Assembly: GCF_016433145.1 (NCBI RefSeq) | Contig: NC_058136.1 | Coordinates: 51,039,950 to 51,103,949, forward strand | Length of the DNA: 64,000 nt | Direction: 5' to 3' | DNA from: Gracilinanus agilis | Lineage: Eukaryota | In this document: positions 52,413 through 62,244 of the stretch, in pieces | Layout: each line of letters begins with the position of its first letter | Numbering within the stretch: position 1 is the stretch's first letter | Made by a program: the position numbers and the translations under genes | Notes under the pieces: generated by a model | The model's input: the letters and a program-made list of their open reading frames with translations, nothing else | The model's database searches: none | What the model was told of the DNA's origin: nothing

Positions 52413-52598
52413 CAGTGATGGGCAAACTATGGCCCCCTGAAATGTTCTATCCTGCAGCAAGGCATTATTCCTAATCTGACAAATAAAATGAGTAGGATAC
52501 AATACAATGAAACTTTGAAAGCGTTGCCTTAGAAACAGACTGACAGATGAGCATTCCCTTTCCTTTGGTGCCCTCTTTAAAAAGTTTGCCCATCACTG
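52413..52598. mobile_element. hAT MITE, 186 bp
   Basis: Perfect 16-bp TIRs cagtgatgggcaaact / agtttgcccatcactg and a perfect 8-bp TSD atctagag (52405-52412, 52599-52606) matching the nTCTAGAn Charlie-group target. Confidence 0.95.
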
Positions 52599-52987
52599 AT
52601 CTAGAGCATTCTTTAATGTAGCTATAAATAGCTTGTAATTCTTTCATGAAGTATTCATATCTTTTGACTATTTATCCTTTAGGTTAACATACAACACTTT
52701 GTTGTATGTATTTGAATTGAATCTGTATTTATCTTAGAAGTCAGATTTTTATGAGATACTTGATATGAGGCGGAGGGGGGGAGTTCCTCCAATTAACAGC
52801 TTTTAAATGATCCTAACTGTATTGATTTTGTTTGAACAATAACTTACCAATATATTTTAGACAAAGTTATCTTTCATATTTTGTGGTCATCTTTAGCCAT
52901 TGTTGTAAGAATTTTTGCCTTAGTAATAGGTGTGAAACATTCCTAATCTCATTAGTTTTGTGGTTTTTATAAATTGTGAGACCTTAT

Positions 52988-53025
52988 ATGTTCGGGTCCC
53001 ATATTCATGTTCGGGTCCCATATTC
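52988..53025. repeat. Perfect 19-bp tandem duplication
   Basis: atgttcgggtcccatattc twice (52988-53006, 53007-53025). Confidence 0.95.
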
Positions 53026-53769
53026 ATTTCATTGAGCATATTGTATTTCAGTGGTATAGGCTAATTTCTGCACAACAGCTTTTAAGTGTTCCCATTCAGT
53101 TCTTTTAAAATAGGAAGTTCTTCCCATATAGTTTGCTTTCAAATTCATCAAACTTATTGTTTCTGATAACTTCTTTATCTCTTCTGTTTCAATGGTCTAC
53201 TTGACCATTTATTAACCCCCCATTTAAAAAAATATTTACTTGATTTTAAAAATTTATGATCAAATTTTTTTTAACTTAACTTTCCAGCCCTACCATAGCC
53301 CCTAAGAATTAAAGATGAAGGAAAGTTCTTTCACTTTTTATTACTACTTAGATGATTTTTTTAAAATTTATTTCCCTTTAAAGTCCAAGGAAGCCCACAG
53401 TGATGGACTTTATCACTTTAGCATAAATACATTTGTCTAGGCATTACATTCCTTCACTTATGTGGACTTTATTTGCATAAAACCAAACTATTCTAAATGT
53501 GCTTTAGGAAGAATTCTGTTGTGTCTGTTGTTCAGGCCAGTCATAATCTTCCTTTTCTTTTTTCTTTTTGCTCTTGGGATGAGTTATTTTAGTGTTGTGC
53601 TCCTTTGTTCAAAAAATGATAGCATGTGGTGGCCTTTCTGCTGTCCAGGACTCTGTCTGGTCCATTTCTGCTTGTCTTATTTGTGGGCTCAAATGAAAGA
53701 AGAATTTTGCAATTAAAATTTAATAGAGAATATCAGTCATTTAGTTCAAAATTTTGTGTGATTAAGTTT

Positions 53770-53976
53770 TTTTTGTTTGTTTTTAAACCCTTATCTTCCA
53801 TCTTAGAATCACTACTGTGTATTGGTTCGAAAGCAGAAGTGGGGTAAGGGCTAGGCGTTGGGGGTGAAGTGACTTGCCCAGGGGCACACGGCTAGGAATT
53901 GTCTGAGGTTAGATTTGAACCCAAGACTTTCCATGTCTAGGGTTGGTTCTTTCTCCACTGAACCGTCTAGGTGCCC
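53770..53976 (-). mobile_element. SINE1_Mdo-type SINE, intermediate age
   Basis: aaacccttatcttccatcttagaatc...gtgacttgcccagggg...ctaggtgccc, with a probable TSD attaagttt (53761-53769 / 53981-53989). Confidence 0.88.
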
Positions 53977-54917
53977 TACCATTAAGTTTCCAGAAGGCTT
54001 TAAGCATCTTTCCATCAAACCTGTGGAGGACTCCATATTCCAGTTAACTCCCAAAATAATTGTACTAGTATTGCCATTAATACTAATGAAGAGGAATAGA
54101 GGAGATTCTATATTTAGTTTTTATTGTTGATTGGAGAATCATTACAGTTGCTAGAAGCAGGTGAATAATGTGTGTACCTTTCTTTTACTAAAACAAATAG
54201 ATCAAATCTTGGGCAAAAGTTTCTGCTACACATAACTTGTGACTATAGTGAGTTTAAAAATTATTTATGGAGTACAAACCAGAAATCTATATTCAAGAAC
54301 CCAATAACTATAATTGAATTTTTTCAGGATTATAATCAGATTCAGCAATTTAGTAGCAGATATAAAAGGGTGGGGCAAGGGGGAGGAATCAAAGTACCAT
54401 AATATTGTGTTATATTATAACTTAAATTGAATTGCTTGCCAGTTCTGGTTGAGGGGAGGGGGTCACGGAAGGAGGGAGAGAGACAATTTGGATCACATAA
54501 CTTGAGAAGACTTATCTGGAAATGTGTTATTGCATATACCATAAGATTAATTGGTCAATTGAAATGACTCAGATTGAAAATATTTGCATTGTCATTAAAA
54601 CTCCCTAATTTATGTTAGTATATTAATGTGACAGACGCAGAATGAATTAATTCCTCAAGCCCAACACATTACAGAAGGCAAATGTTGGTAACCTTTCAGT
54701 AGTACTGATGTCTCATGTGTTTTCCCTTTTATCACTGAGCCAATCTTTTATTTTCTGTGTGGGCTAAAGAAACTACTAAGATTAGGAAAAACGAGAGCAA
54801 AGTCATATAGGTTAATTCATGTTGAAATTGATGAACACCCACTTTTATGAGATTCTAAACCTGCGAGAAGTTAATTTTTTTTCTAAAAATTGAATTTATC
54901 TTAAAAATTGGTCTGAA

Positions 54918-55096
54918 GGGGCAGCTGGGTAGCTCAGTGGATTGAGAGCCAGGCCTAGAGACGGGAGGTCCTAGGTTCAAACCCGGCCTCAGCCACTTCC
55001 CAGCTGTGTGACCCTGGGCAAGTCACTTGACCCCATTGCCCACCCTTACCAATCTTCCACCTATGAGACAATACACAGAAGTTAAGGATTTAAAAG
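54918..55096 (+). mobile_element. Very young SINE1_Mdo-type SINE
   Basis: A box tagctcagtgg, B box ggttcaaaccc, CpGs retained, 13-bp TSD aaattggtctgaa (54905-54917 / 55097-55109). Confidence 0.96.
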
Positions 55097-56139
55097 AAAT
55101 TGGTCTGAAAACAGTTTTCAGTTTGAAATATTGATATGAGCCAAGTAATAGGTTTTAATAATTTAAACGAAATCTTTTCAAATGATACCATTAGTCTATA
55201 AATAATAACATGGCTGTTGGTACTCTAAATGTGTAATACTTATCTGTAAGTAGACAGACTACTGGAAGAACTAAAGTGTGAGGCGTGATGGTCTTACTAG
55301 AAAGGAACCAGTAAGCCACTGATTTAAATTGGAGGGTCTTCCCAGAATATTTCCATCTTGTAATCCTCTGAAACTGATGTTACTGGATCCACCTCAATTT
55401 ATTTTCATGAAGCTCTTTGTAAATACTTAGAAGAAATTGTACGTGTTGGCTTTTGAGGTCTTTTCCAGCTATGAGCTTTTTGCAATGTAAGATGGCTAAG
55501 TGTCCCATGAAATAATGCTTCTTATTAACCAGCACTGTGTCAGAAAACCAATTCCTTTCTTTGCTTCTCCTTTTTATTTAGTTGCAGTTTCTTTCTCCTG
55601 CTTTTCAGTGAGAATATAAAGAATTAAACTCCTCTAGTATGGCCACTTGTGGGTGATTGCACAGGGCTTTCACATTTAGAGTACCAACAATTAAATTATA
55701 GATGATCTAGAATCTCTGTCGCTTTTTAGCACTCTGCGCCCCCCTTTCTGCCAGCTCATCACTGTCACTGCTGAAGTGCGAGGGTGCCACATAGGATGGG
55801 AAGCCATTTTGTATTTTTCTTTGTATGTTTCACTGATTTTATGGTGAAAGAATTCATCACCTGGTGGCCCGGCCCCACCATCCTTGACCAGACTGGTCCT
55901 AGAATAGTAGATTCTGTCTGTTCCCAGGACCTTACTCCAAAGCCTTTTTCAGCATGGTAGAACTTGTCGGAACTTCTATGCTGTGGAGAAGTGATAAAGT
56001 ATGACTTTGGGGAGGGAGGCTTCCATAGAATGAGAAAATCGAGAGGGTGGAAAAAAGAGGCTGTTGTTACTTAAAAGTTTTTATTCTTTTTCCTATCTTT
56101 CTATTGGCCTAGATCTAAAAAATATTAAAGTAGTTAACC

Positions 56140-56350
56140 TCTTAGAGCTCTTTAGGGTTTACAAAGTATTGTGCTTGGGCCAAATATTTGTGTGAAAGAA
56201 TATGATCTTCTTTTTAGGTATGAGGATACTGAAACTTAGTTTAGTTAAGTGACTTGCCCTAAATCACCCGGATAATAAGTGTCAGAAGTAGATTTGAGCT
56301 AGGCCTCTTCCCTCGGAGTCTGGTTCTCTCTCCATTACACCATGCTGCCT
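56140..56350 (-). mobile_element. MIR-family SINE
   Basis: tttagggtttacaaagta...aagtgacttgccctaaatcacc...ccattacaccatgctgcct. Confidence 0.7.
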
Positions 56351-57174
56351 GTCAGGAAAATGAAATGCTCCTCTGCTGCTTTCTCTTTTTTCCCTTGAAA
56401 AATCGCTAGGCAGATTTCTACCAGCAGTAAAAGGGAGCTTTGAAAAATCAGCATGTTATAGTGAATACAGGCTGAAAGTGGAGTGAGGGAAGCTTTAGTC
56501 TGAAGCTCCCCTCCACCCCTGAGTAGCAGGGTGGCTCCGTGCAGTGTCCATTAACCTTTTTCCCTGTCTGTAAAATAAGGATACCATCCTTAGTAATTAT
56601 CTTAAAGGTTGGTTCAAATGAAATAATGTATTTAAAACATTTTGCAACCTTTGAAGTATGGTATAAATACCAATTGTTATTTTTTCACTTTACTTTCCCC
56701 TTCTGTAAAATGGGATAATGACAGGATAGCTGTTTTGGTCAGTCAGCAATCATCTGAAGTGCTTTTAGGTACCAGGCATTGTGCTAAGGAATAGAGATGC
56801 CCTTTACAAAGCTAACATCATGCTAAGGAAAAAAGCAAGCATATAGAGGAGCAGATACAAAATTAATTGAGGTTAATTATGTGGGGAAATGCCAACAGCT
56901 GAAAGAATCCAGAAAGGCTTCGTGTAGACAAAGCGATTGCATTGTACTCTTCAAAGGGACCAGGGATTGTAAGAGGCGCATTGCAAACATGGGGTATATA
57001 TGGACAGTGTCCAGGAATGGTAGGCTGTGTGTGACGAGCAGTAAGAAGGCCAGTCTTCCCGCACCATGGGGTGTGGGAAGGCAATTTCTGGGTAGTAAGG
57101 CTTCAAGAGGTACATTGGGGCCAGCTTGTGCAGGACGTGACACCCAAGGGAATTTTGTAATGATGATCTTCGCT

Positions 57175-57395
57175 GCCATTTCTATTGCTTTGGAAGATTT
57201 ACAAAGTGCTTTATATCCACTGATTCATTTGATCTTTGCAACCAGTGCTATCATCATGTCTGTTTTACATAGGAGGAAAATGAGTCTGAGAGATAAGTGA
57301 CTTGCTCTGGGTCACACAGGTAGTATGAGGCAGGATTTTAAGTCAGCTTTTTATGATGCCAAGCTCAGTGTGTTATCTACCAAGCCATCTAACTG
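57175..57395 (-). mobile_element. MIR-family SINE
   Basis: gatttacaaagtgctttatatc...aagtgacttgctctgggtcacacaggtag...ccatctaactgcc. Confidence 0.78.
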
Positions 57396-57446
57396 CCAGT
57401 ATTTATATTTGATCCTAGGGGTAATAGACAGTCATTGGAGTTTATT

Positions 57447-57648
57447 TTTTTCTAAAACCCTCACCTTCCGCCTTGGAATCAATACTCTGTATTGGTTCCA
57501 AGGCAGAAGAGTGGCAATGGCTAGGCAATGGGGGTCAAGTGACTTGCCCAGGGTCACACAGCTGGGAAGTGTCTGAGGTCACATTTGAACCTAGGACCTC
57601 CTGTCTCTAGACCTGGCTCTCAATCCACTGAGCTACCCAGCTGCCCCC
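57447..57648 (-). mobile_element. SINE1_Mdo-type SINE
   Basis: 16-bp TSD gtcattggagtttatt (57431-57446 / 57651-57666). Confidence 0.95.
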
Positions 57649-57689
57649 GTGTCATTGGAGTTTATTAATTAAGAAAGTTTGATTCCAAT

Positions 57690-58320
57690 GATTAAGGAAA
57701 ATCACTTAAGGAGCTGTGGGAATGATGGACTGGAGTTGGGAAGGAATTGAGGTAGGGTGTCTATTGTAGCAGTCTGAGCAAGAGGAGATGTGGAACTCAG
57801 CTAAGGAGGGTACTGAAGTTGGGCCAGGGGCAGGGCAGTGTGGGAGTCACGAGAAGATGGATAGCAGAGATGGTACAGAGATGGAAATGCTGAGGTTTGG
57901 CAAATACTTGAGTATGTTGGGTGAGAGTAAGTGAAGAAAAGGAGATGACACCAAGGCTGTGAACCTGGGTCATTGGGAAGATGGCGGAGCCCTTTCCTCT
58001 AATAATGAAATTTGGGTTTGGCAGCAAGATGATGAGTTCTGTTTTGTACATGTTGAATGTGAAATGTGGGCATCTTGCTGCAAATACTGCATTTCTGGAT
58101 CAAGGAGTTGTCTGCATAGAGATAATTGAATCCATAGGAACTGATGAAGGCAATAATATTTGTAAAGGGATTAGCTCTGTGTCTGCCTGTCACATAGTAG
58201 GGGTTGTATATTCCCTTGGTCATCCCCACCCCAATACCAATAACTGAAATAAGAGGACAAAGCCTCAGGGTAAACCGTTGTGTAAGGAGATGGAGAAGGG
58301 CCAATCAGACTGGAGAAGAA
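57690..58320 (-). mobile_element. L2 fragment
   Basis: gatgacaccaaggctgtgaacctgggtcattgggaagatgg...gatgatgagttctgttttgtacatgttgaatgtga, antisense L2 3' ORF. Confidence 0.75.
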
Positions 58321-58580
58321 TCACTGTCAGTCAATAAGCATTTAGAAAAGCTTCATTAAATACCCTAAACTGTGCCAAGCCTGGGGGTACAAAGAAGGAC
58401 AAAATACAGTGCCTGCTCTCTGGGAGCTGGCAGTCCAATGGGGAAGGCAACATTCAAACAATTATGAACAACAGAAATATATTCAGGAGAAACTGGGAAT
58501 ACTCTCAGAGCAGGCCCTGAGATTAAGGAGGCCTGGGAAACATTACCGTGCTTCAGAGTTATAGGCTATTCGCTCATTCG

Positions 58581-58581
<1 letters not shown>

Positions 58582-58626
<45 letters not shown>
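58582..58626. repeat. (AC)22 microsatellite
   Basis: Uninterrupted AC run. Confidence 0.97.
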
Positions 58627-58628
<2 letters not shown>

Positions 58629-60430
58629 TATATCTGAAAAAATGTAACTTCTCCTTTAGCTTTTAGGAAGGTTGAAAGTCACTTGACCAATTTTCCAAAC
58701 CTCCCTTTATCACAGATGAAAATATTTGTGTTTCTGAGTTGCATATGCCTGCTAAGCAATCCGAGAGGAAGAAAGTCCTCAGGCCTTTTGTAGCATCCTG
58801 TGTTCTTACTGGACAGAGAATCACTGGGCTCAGGGCCTAAGCCAACTTCAGGCTCACTTGGCTCACTGTAGAATTGCCTGGCGAGATGATGTCTTCACTG
58901 TGACCCAAGTGACATAAGTAACCATTCAATTTCTCCAGACTGCAGTCCAGTAGCCGAGAAGAATGGACCTCTTGAATAATTAGCCGAAATGCACAGAATA
59001 CCTGGCTGAAAGAAATTGATTTAATTTTAAAGTAGAGAGTTTGTTTTCCTCCCCACCAAACTCATCTTTTAAATAAAGCCAGCAATGATTGCTGAGCCAT
59101 TAGGAGTGCTTTGACAAGACAAAACTCCCTCAGACTTCTCCAATACAGAATCATTTCCAAGCTTGTCAGATCTGTGCAAATGAAACTAAATCAGATGCTG
59201 CTATTGGAACTGACAGATTAATACAAAAAATAATTTGTCTTTGGTGTTGGTGTTTGATTTTCAGTGTCTTGAACTTCCATGTCTATTTCAGGCGATTTCT
59301 CCCCTGAGTTATGAAGGTGTTCATGTCAGAGTGAAGAATTCATATCCAAAGAGTTGGTTGCAATAGAGGGATGTGTGTGTTCAGGAAGGTGGGGAGGGGG
59401 TGGTGGCTGACAGTCAGCTTCTGGAATTTTCCATTCTGATGCTCTTATATGTCTCAGAAGAAGCCAAACACTTCTCCTTAACTAAAAGAAAGCATTATAA
59501 TGTTATTCTGCCTTCTTTCCTTTTCTTAGCGTGACAGTTTCTCAGAGCCCTAGATTTAGAGGCCGCATTGCCCACCCTTTATGCCACTCACCCTGTCCAT
59601 TTAGTGGCAACTCCCACATATTGAAATTGTCAAAAAGATCTCCCAGTATAACCGGTAGTCATGTGGTAGGAAAGGCTTTGCAGAGAGGACTCACTAAGGG
59701 AAACCTTTCCAGGAAAGCTGGAAATGGGGTATTTTGGTACAATGGTACAATTTGAATGTAGTTGTTGAAATGTTTCATTTTAAAGAAAATAGAAGAAGAA
59801 AAGTGCTAAATCATGTTAGCAGCAATTCAAAGGAATTAATGATTGTTTGAGGCTATACCAAAGCTGCACTGTATGTGTGTGTTTATTACTCTGAGTGTTA
59901 TGCAAAGTCTCTGCATCGAGGCAGACTATTTATTCTGTGTTTGTTGGTATTGAAAATACAAAAAAAAAAAGATAGAAACTTTCATTGCTTTTGGTTTTCA
60001 ATGAGAGAAAAATATTTGAGATTTGAAACAGTTTAACATTAAATCATTTATATAGCCAAGTACGTGCATTAATAAGATCTGTTTGAACTGTAGTTTCTCT
60101 TTAATCTTCAAATTAGATTTTAAAGAATGAAATATTAGAATTCCCATCAATAAATTTGAATAGAGATAAATTCATTTGTAGTAATGGCTGAATAAAATGG
60201 TAACGTTCTCCCATTAATCATAATCATTTGATATAGTATATTATACACATTTTTACTTATTTCATGAAGAGGAGAATTGTTATGGGGCATAATGAAGGAA
60301 AATGAGTATTTAATGGGACTCTCCCGTCTACCTTCAAAAGGCCAGGTGGTTTTCTTTGGGTTGTCCTCATTATTGTCATTGTTGAACAGCGGATGGGAAC
60401 ATTCTTGTAACTCAGCATTTTCTTCTTCAG

Positions 60431-60555
60431 TTTCAGCTCAGACTCTTAAGAGCAACCTCGATGCAATGGAACAACAGATTGCTCGCCTGGAAAGTGACAT
60501 CACAAAATTCCCCAAGACGGAAGACAAACACGACAAGTTTGTGGAAAAGATGACC
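60431..60555 (+). CDS. DIAPH2: Internal coding exon of a diaphanous-related formin (C-terminal part of FH2 domain), best match DIAPH2
   Basis: Polypyrimidine acceptor cattttcttcttcag ends at 60430. The 125-nt exon (phase 1 in, phase 0 out) encodes (V)SAQTLKSNLDAMEQQIARLESDITKFPKTEDKHDKFVEKMT. This resembles human DIAPH2 as I recall it (VSAQILKSNLASMEQQIVHLERDIKKFPQAENQHDKFVEKMT) more than DIAPH1 (VSAENLQKNL...) or DIAPH3 (VSVETLEKNL...). Confidence 0.92.
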
Positions 60556-60564
60556 ATATCCTTT
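60556..60564 (+). promoter_or_regulatory. U12-type (minor spliceosome) AT-AC 5' splice site
   Basis: ATATCCTTT follows the ATG ACC (MT) codons exactly where formin homology ends. It is a perfect match to the U12 donor consensus RTATCCTTT, and there is no GT at the homology boundary. Confidence 0.88.
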
Positions 60565-60844
60565 CTTTATCTTGGGGGAAGTGAGATGGCCGGCGGGGCG
60601 GGGCTCTATGTCTTGCTGACTTACAGAGGCAATAGACATGGCCTTTTCATTGCTCTTTTTTATTGAAGGTTTTGAGCAATTGGTAGGGTGGATGTACTGG
60701 TAGTTTGCCTTTTTTTTCAAGCACTTTCCTGTGGTCCTGAGTCTGTGTTTTTGGTAGAAAGCTCTTCTAGTGAAGGTTTATGCTGAAGGGAGAGAATAAT
60801 CAGAATTCTGTCATAAACCCAGAAGGTATGTATTGAGAGTTTTC

Positions 60845-61575
60845 AACCAAACAGGACTGATTAAACACCTGTCCTAAGCCAGGCCCTGTACTGGGCTTTT
60901 GGAATACAAGTGTGAAGACGGAAGCAATCTCCATTCCCATGGAACTTTCATTCAAATGGAAGAGACAGCAAATGTCTTTAAAAAATACACACACACACAC
61001 ACACACACACATATCTTTTAATGTACAGCATCCATAAAGTCATTTTAAAGGGAAAGCTCAAGCATCTTGGGGTATCAGGAAAGGTTTCCTGTAGATGTGT
61101 CCAAAGAAAAGAAGAGCCCTATGAGATAAGAGTAAGGAGGAAGTGCATTCCAGGCATCTGGGAATACAAAACAGGGGTATGGAATATTCTGGAAAAGGGA
61201 GAGAGAGAAGGCCAGTTTGGATGGCTTCCAGAGGGTGGGAGGGGGAATCATGTCAAATGAGGCTAGGAAGATTGGTTGGGGCCAGGTGGTGAAAAGTTCA
61301 AAAAGCTAAAGAGAGAAGTTTTTATTTTATCCTCGAGGCAACAAGAAGCCACTGGAGTTAATTAAATAGGGGAATCATGTGGCCAGCCCTGTACTTAAGG
61401 AAAATGACTTTAGTCATGTTGTAGAGAAAAATCTGCCTGGGGAGAAACTTGAGGCAGGATTACCAATTAGGAGATGGTTGTGATAATCCCAGGAAGAGGT
61501 AATGAGGACTTGAACTAAAGTGGAGAGAAGGGGTCATGGGTAAGAGGCTTTGTGAAGACAGAAACAACAAGATTT
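60845..61575 (-). mobile_element. L2 3' fragment containing an (AC)12 run at 60987-61011
   Basis: Tail gattaaacacctgtcctaagccaggccctgtactggg; body ggaagattggttggggccagg...agccactggag...aggaaaatgactttag. Confidence 0.8.
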
Positions 61576-62100
61576 ATGTATACAGGATATTCCAAGGGAG
61601 CCATGCGTTTCTGGGTCTCTCTGTGTGCTTGGGTTTCTATTGGACTGATTGTCAGACTAGAGGAAATACACTTATATGTGCTCGATTCTGTATTTTTCTG
61701 TATGTTTTACATGGTCATTCAGAAATCGATATGGAGGAAACAAAAAGAGCCTGAGAAATTGCATTTATTTAACAAGGAGTTCTGTATGTTAAGTCTGGTT
61801 TCTTCTGAAAAGCTGTAGTCTTAGAAGTGCTTTCCTCTCACTCTCTCCCCTTCTGTCTTGCTTTCCAAAAATGGTAAAACCATATCCCACTCCTTGGGGG
61901 ATGAATAAATACCCTGAACTATTGATTGATTCACCATTTTCTATTTCCAGAGGGAATAAATACTCTATATTCTTTATCTGATAATAAGTAAATTATTTTT
62001 AAAGAGTACATGGCAGTCACCTTCTTTCAAGGTTAAAGCTCTTGCTCCCTTCTCTGCTTCAAGAGCCTCTCTTTTTTCCGATGTGAGATCAGTGGGTCTG

Positions 62101-62244
62101 AGGAGTAACTTCCCCTCAAAGAGACTTTTCTTATTATAAGAATATAAACTGCCGGAAACCTACATAGGCTTGTGATTAGCTGCCATCTTCGGGTGTCACA
62201 GCCCACCATGACGAACTGTCATTTGGAAGACAGAGTTATCAACT
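62101..62244. repeat. Unassigned ~145-bp element, copy 1
   Basis: Aligns by eye (about 80% identity) to 63485-63633. Not recognised as any repeat family seen elsewhere in the window. Confidence 0.9.

Larger units (their letters stand above)
45450..53170 (-). mobile_element. Old L1 (element A) surviving as two flanks, about 45450-45856 and 52020-53170, around a nested L1
   Basis: The left flank ends catcattgtttaaccattc and the right flank resumes atgggtatttaatttgtttctagttc, colinear with L1 ...cagccattccccaattgatgggcatc...tttccagttc. Confidence 0.6.
1..60430 (+). other. DIAPH2: Part of a very large intron upstream of the DIAPH2 exon
   Basis: No match to the expected preceding formin exon (...DTKSADQKTTLLHF...ESASK) was found by eye. 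The sequence is repeat-dominated and ends in a conventional AG acceptor at 60429-60430. Confidence 0.75.

Noticed and set aside
60277-60666. 129-aa ORF as a stand-alone gene
   Set aside because: Only the central 125 nt are formin-like and splice-bounded. The flanks are intron read-through, and the TTG start is incidental.
62190-62244. Active hammerhead ribozyme in the duplicated element
   Set aside because: A CUGANGA-like heptamer and a stem II are present, but no GAAA follows stem II and no stem III/NUH site can be built. Kept only as a decayed possibility.
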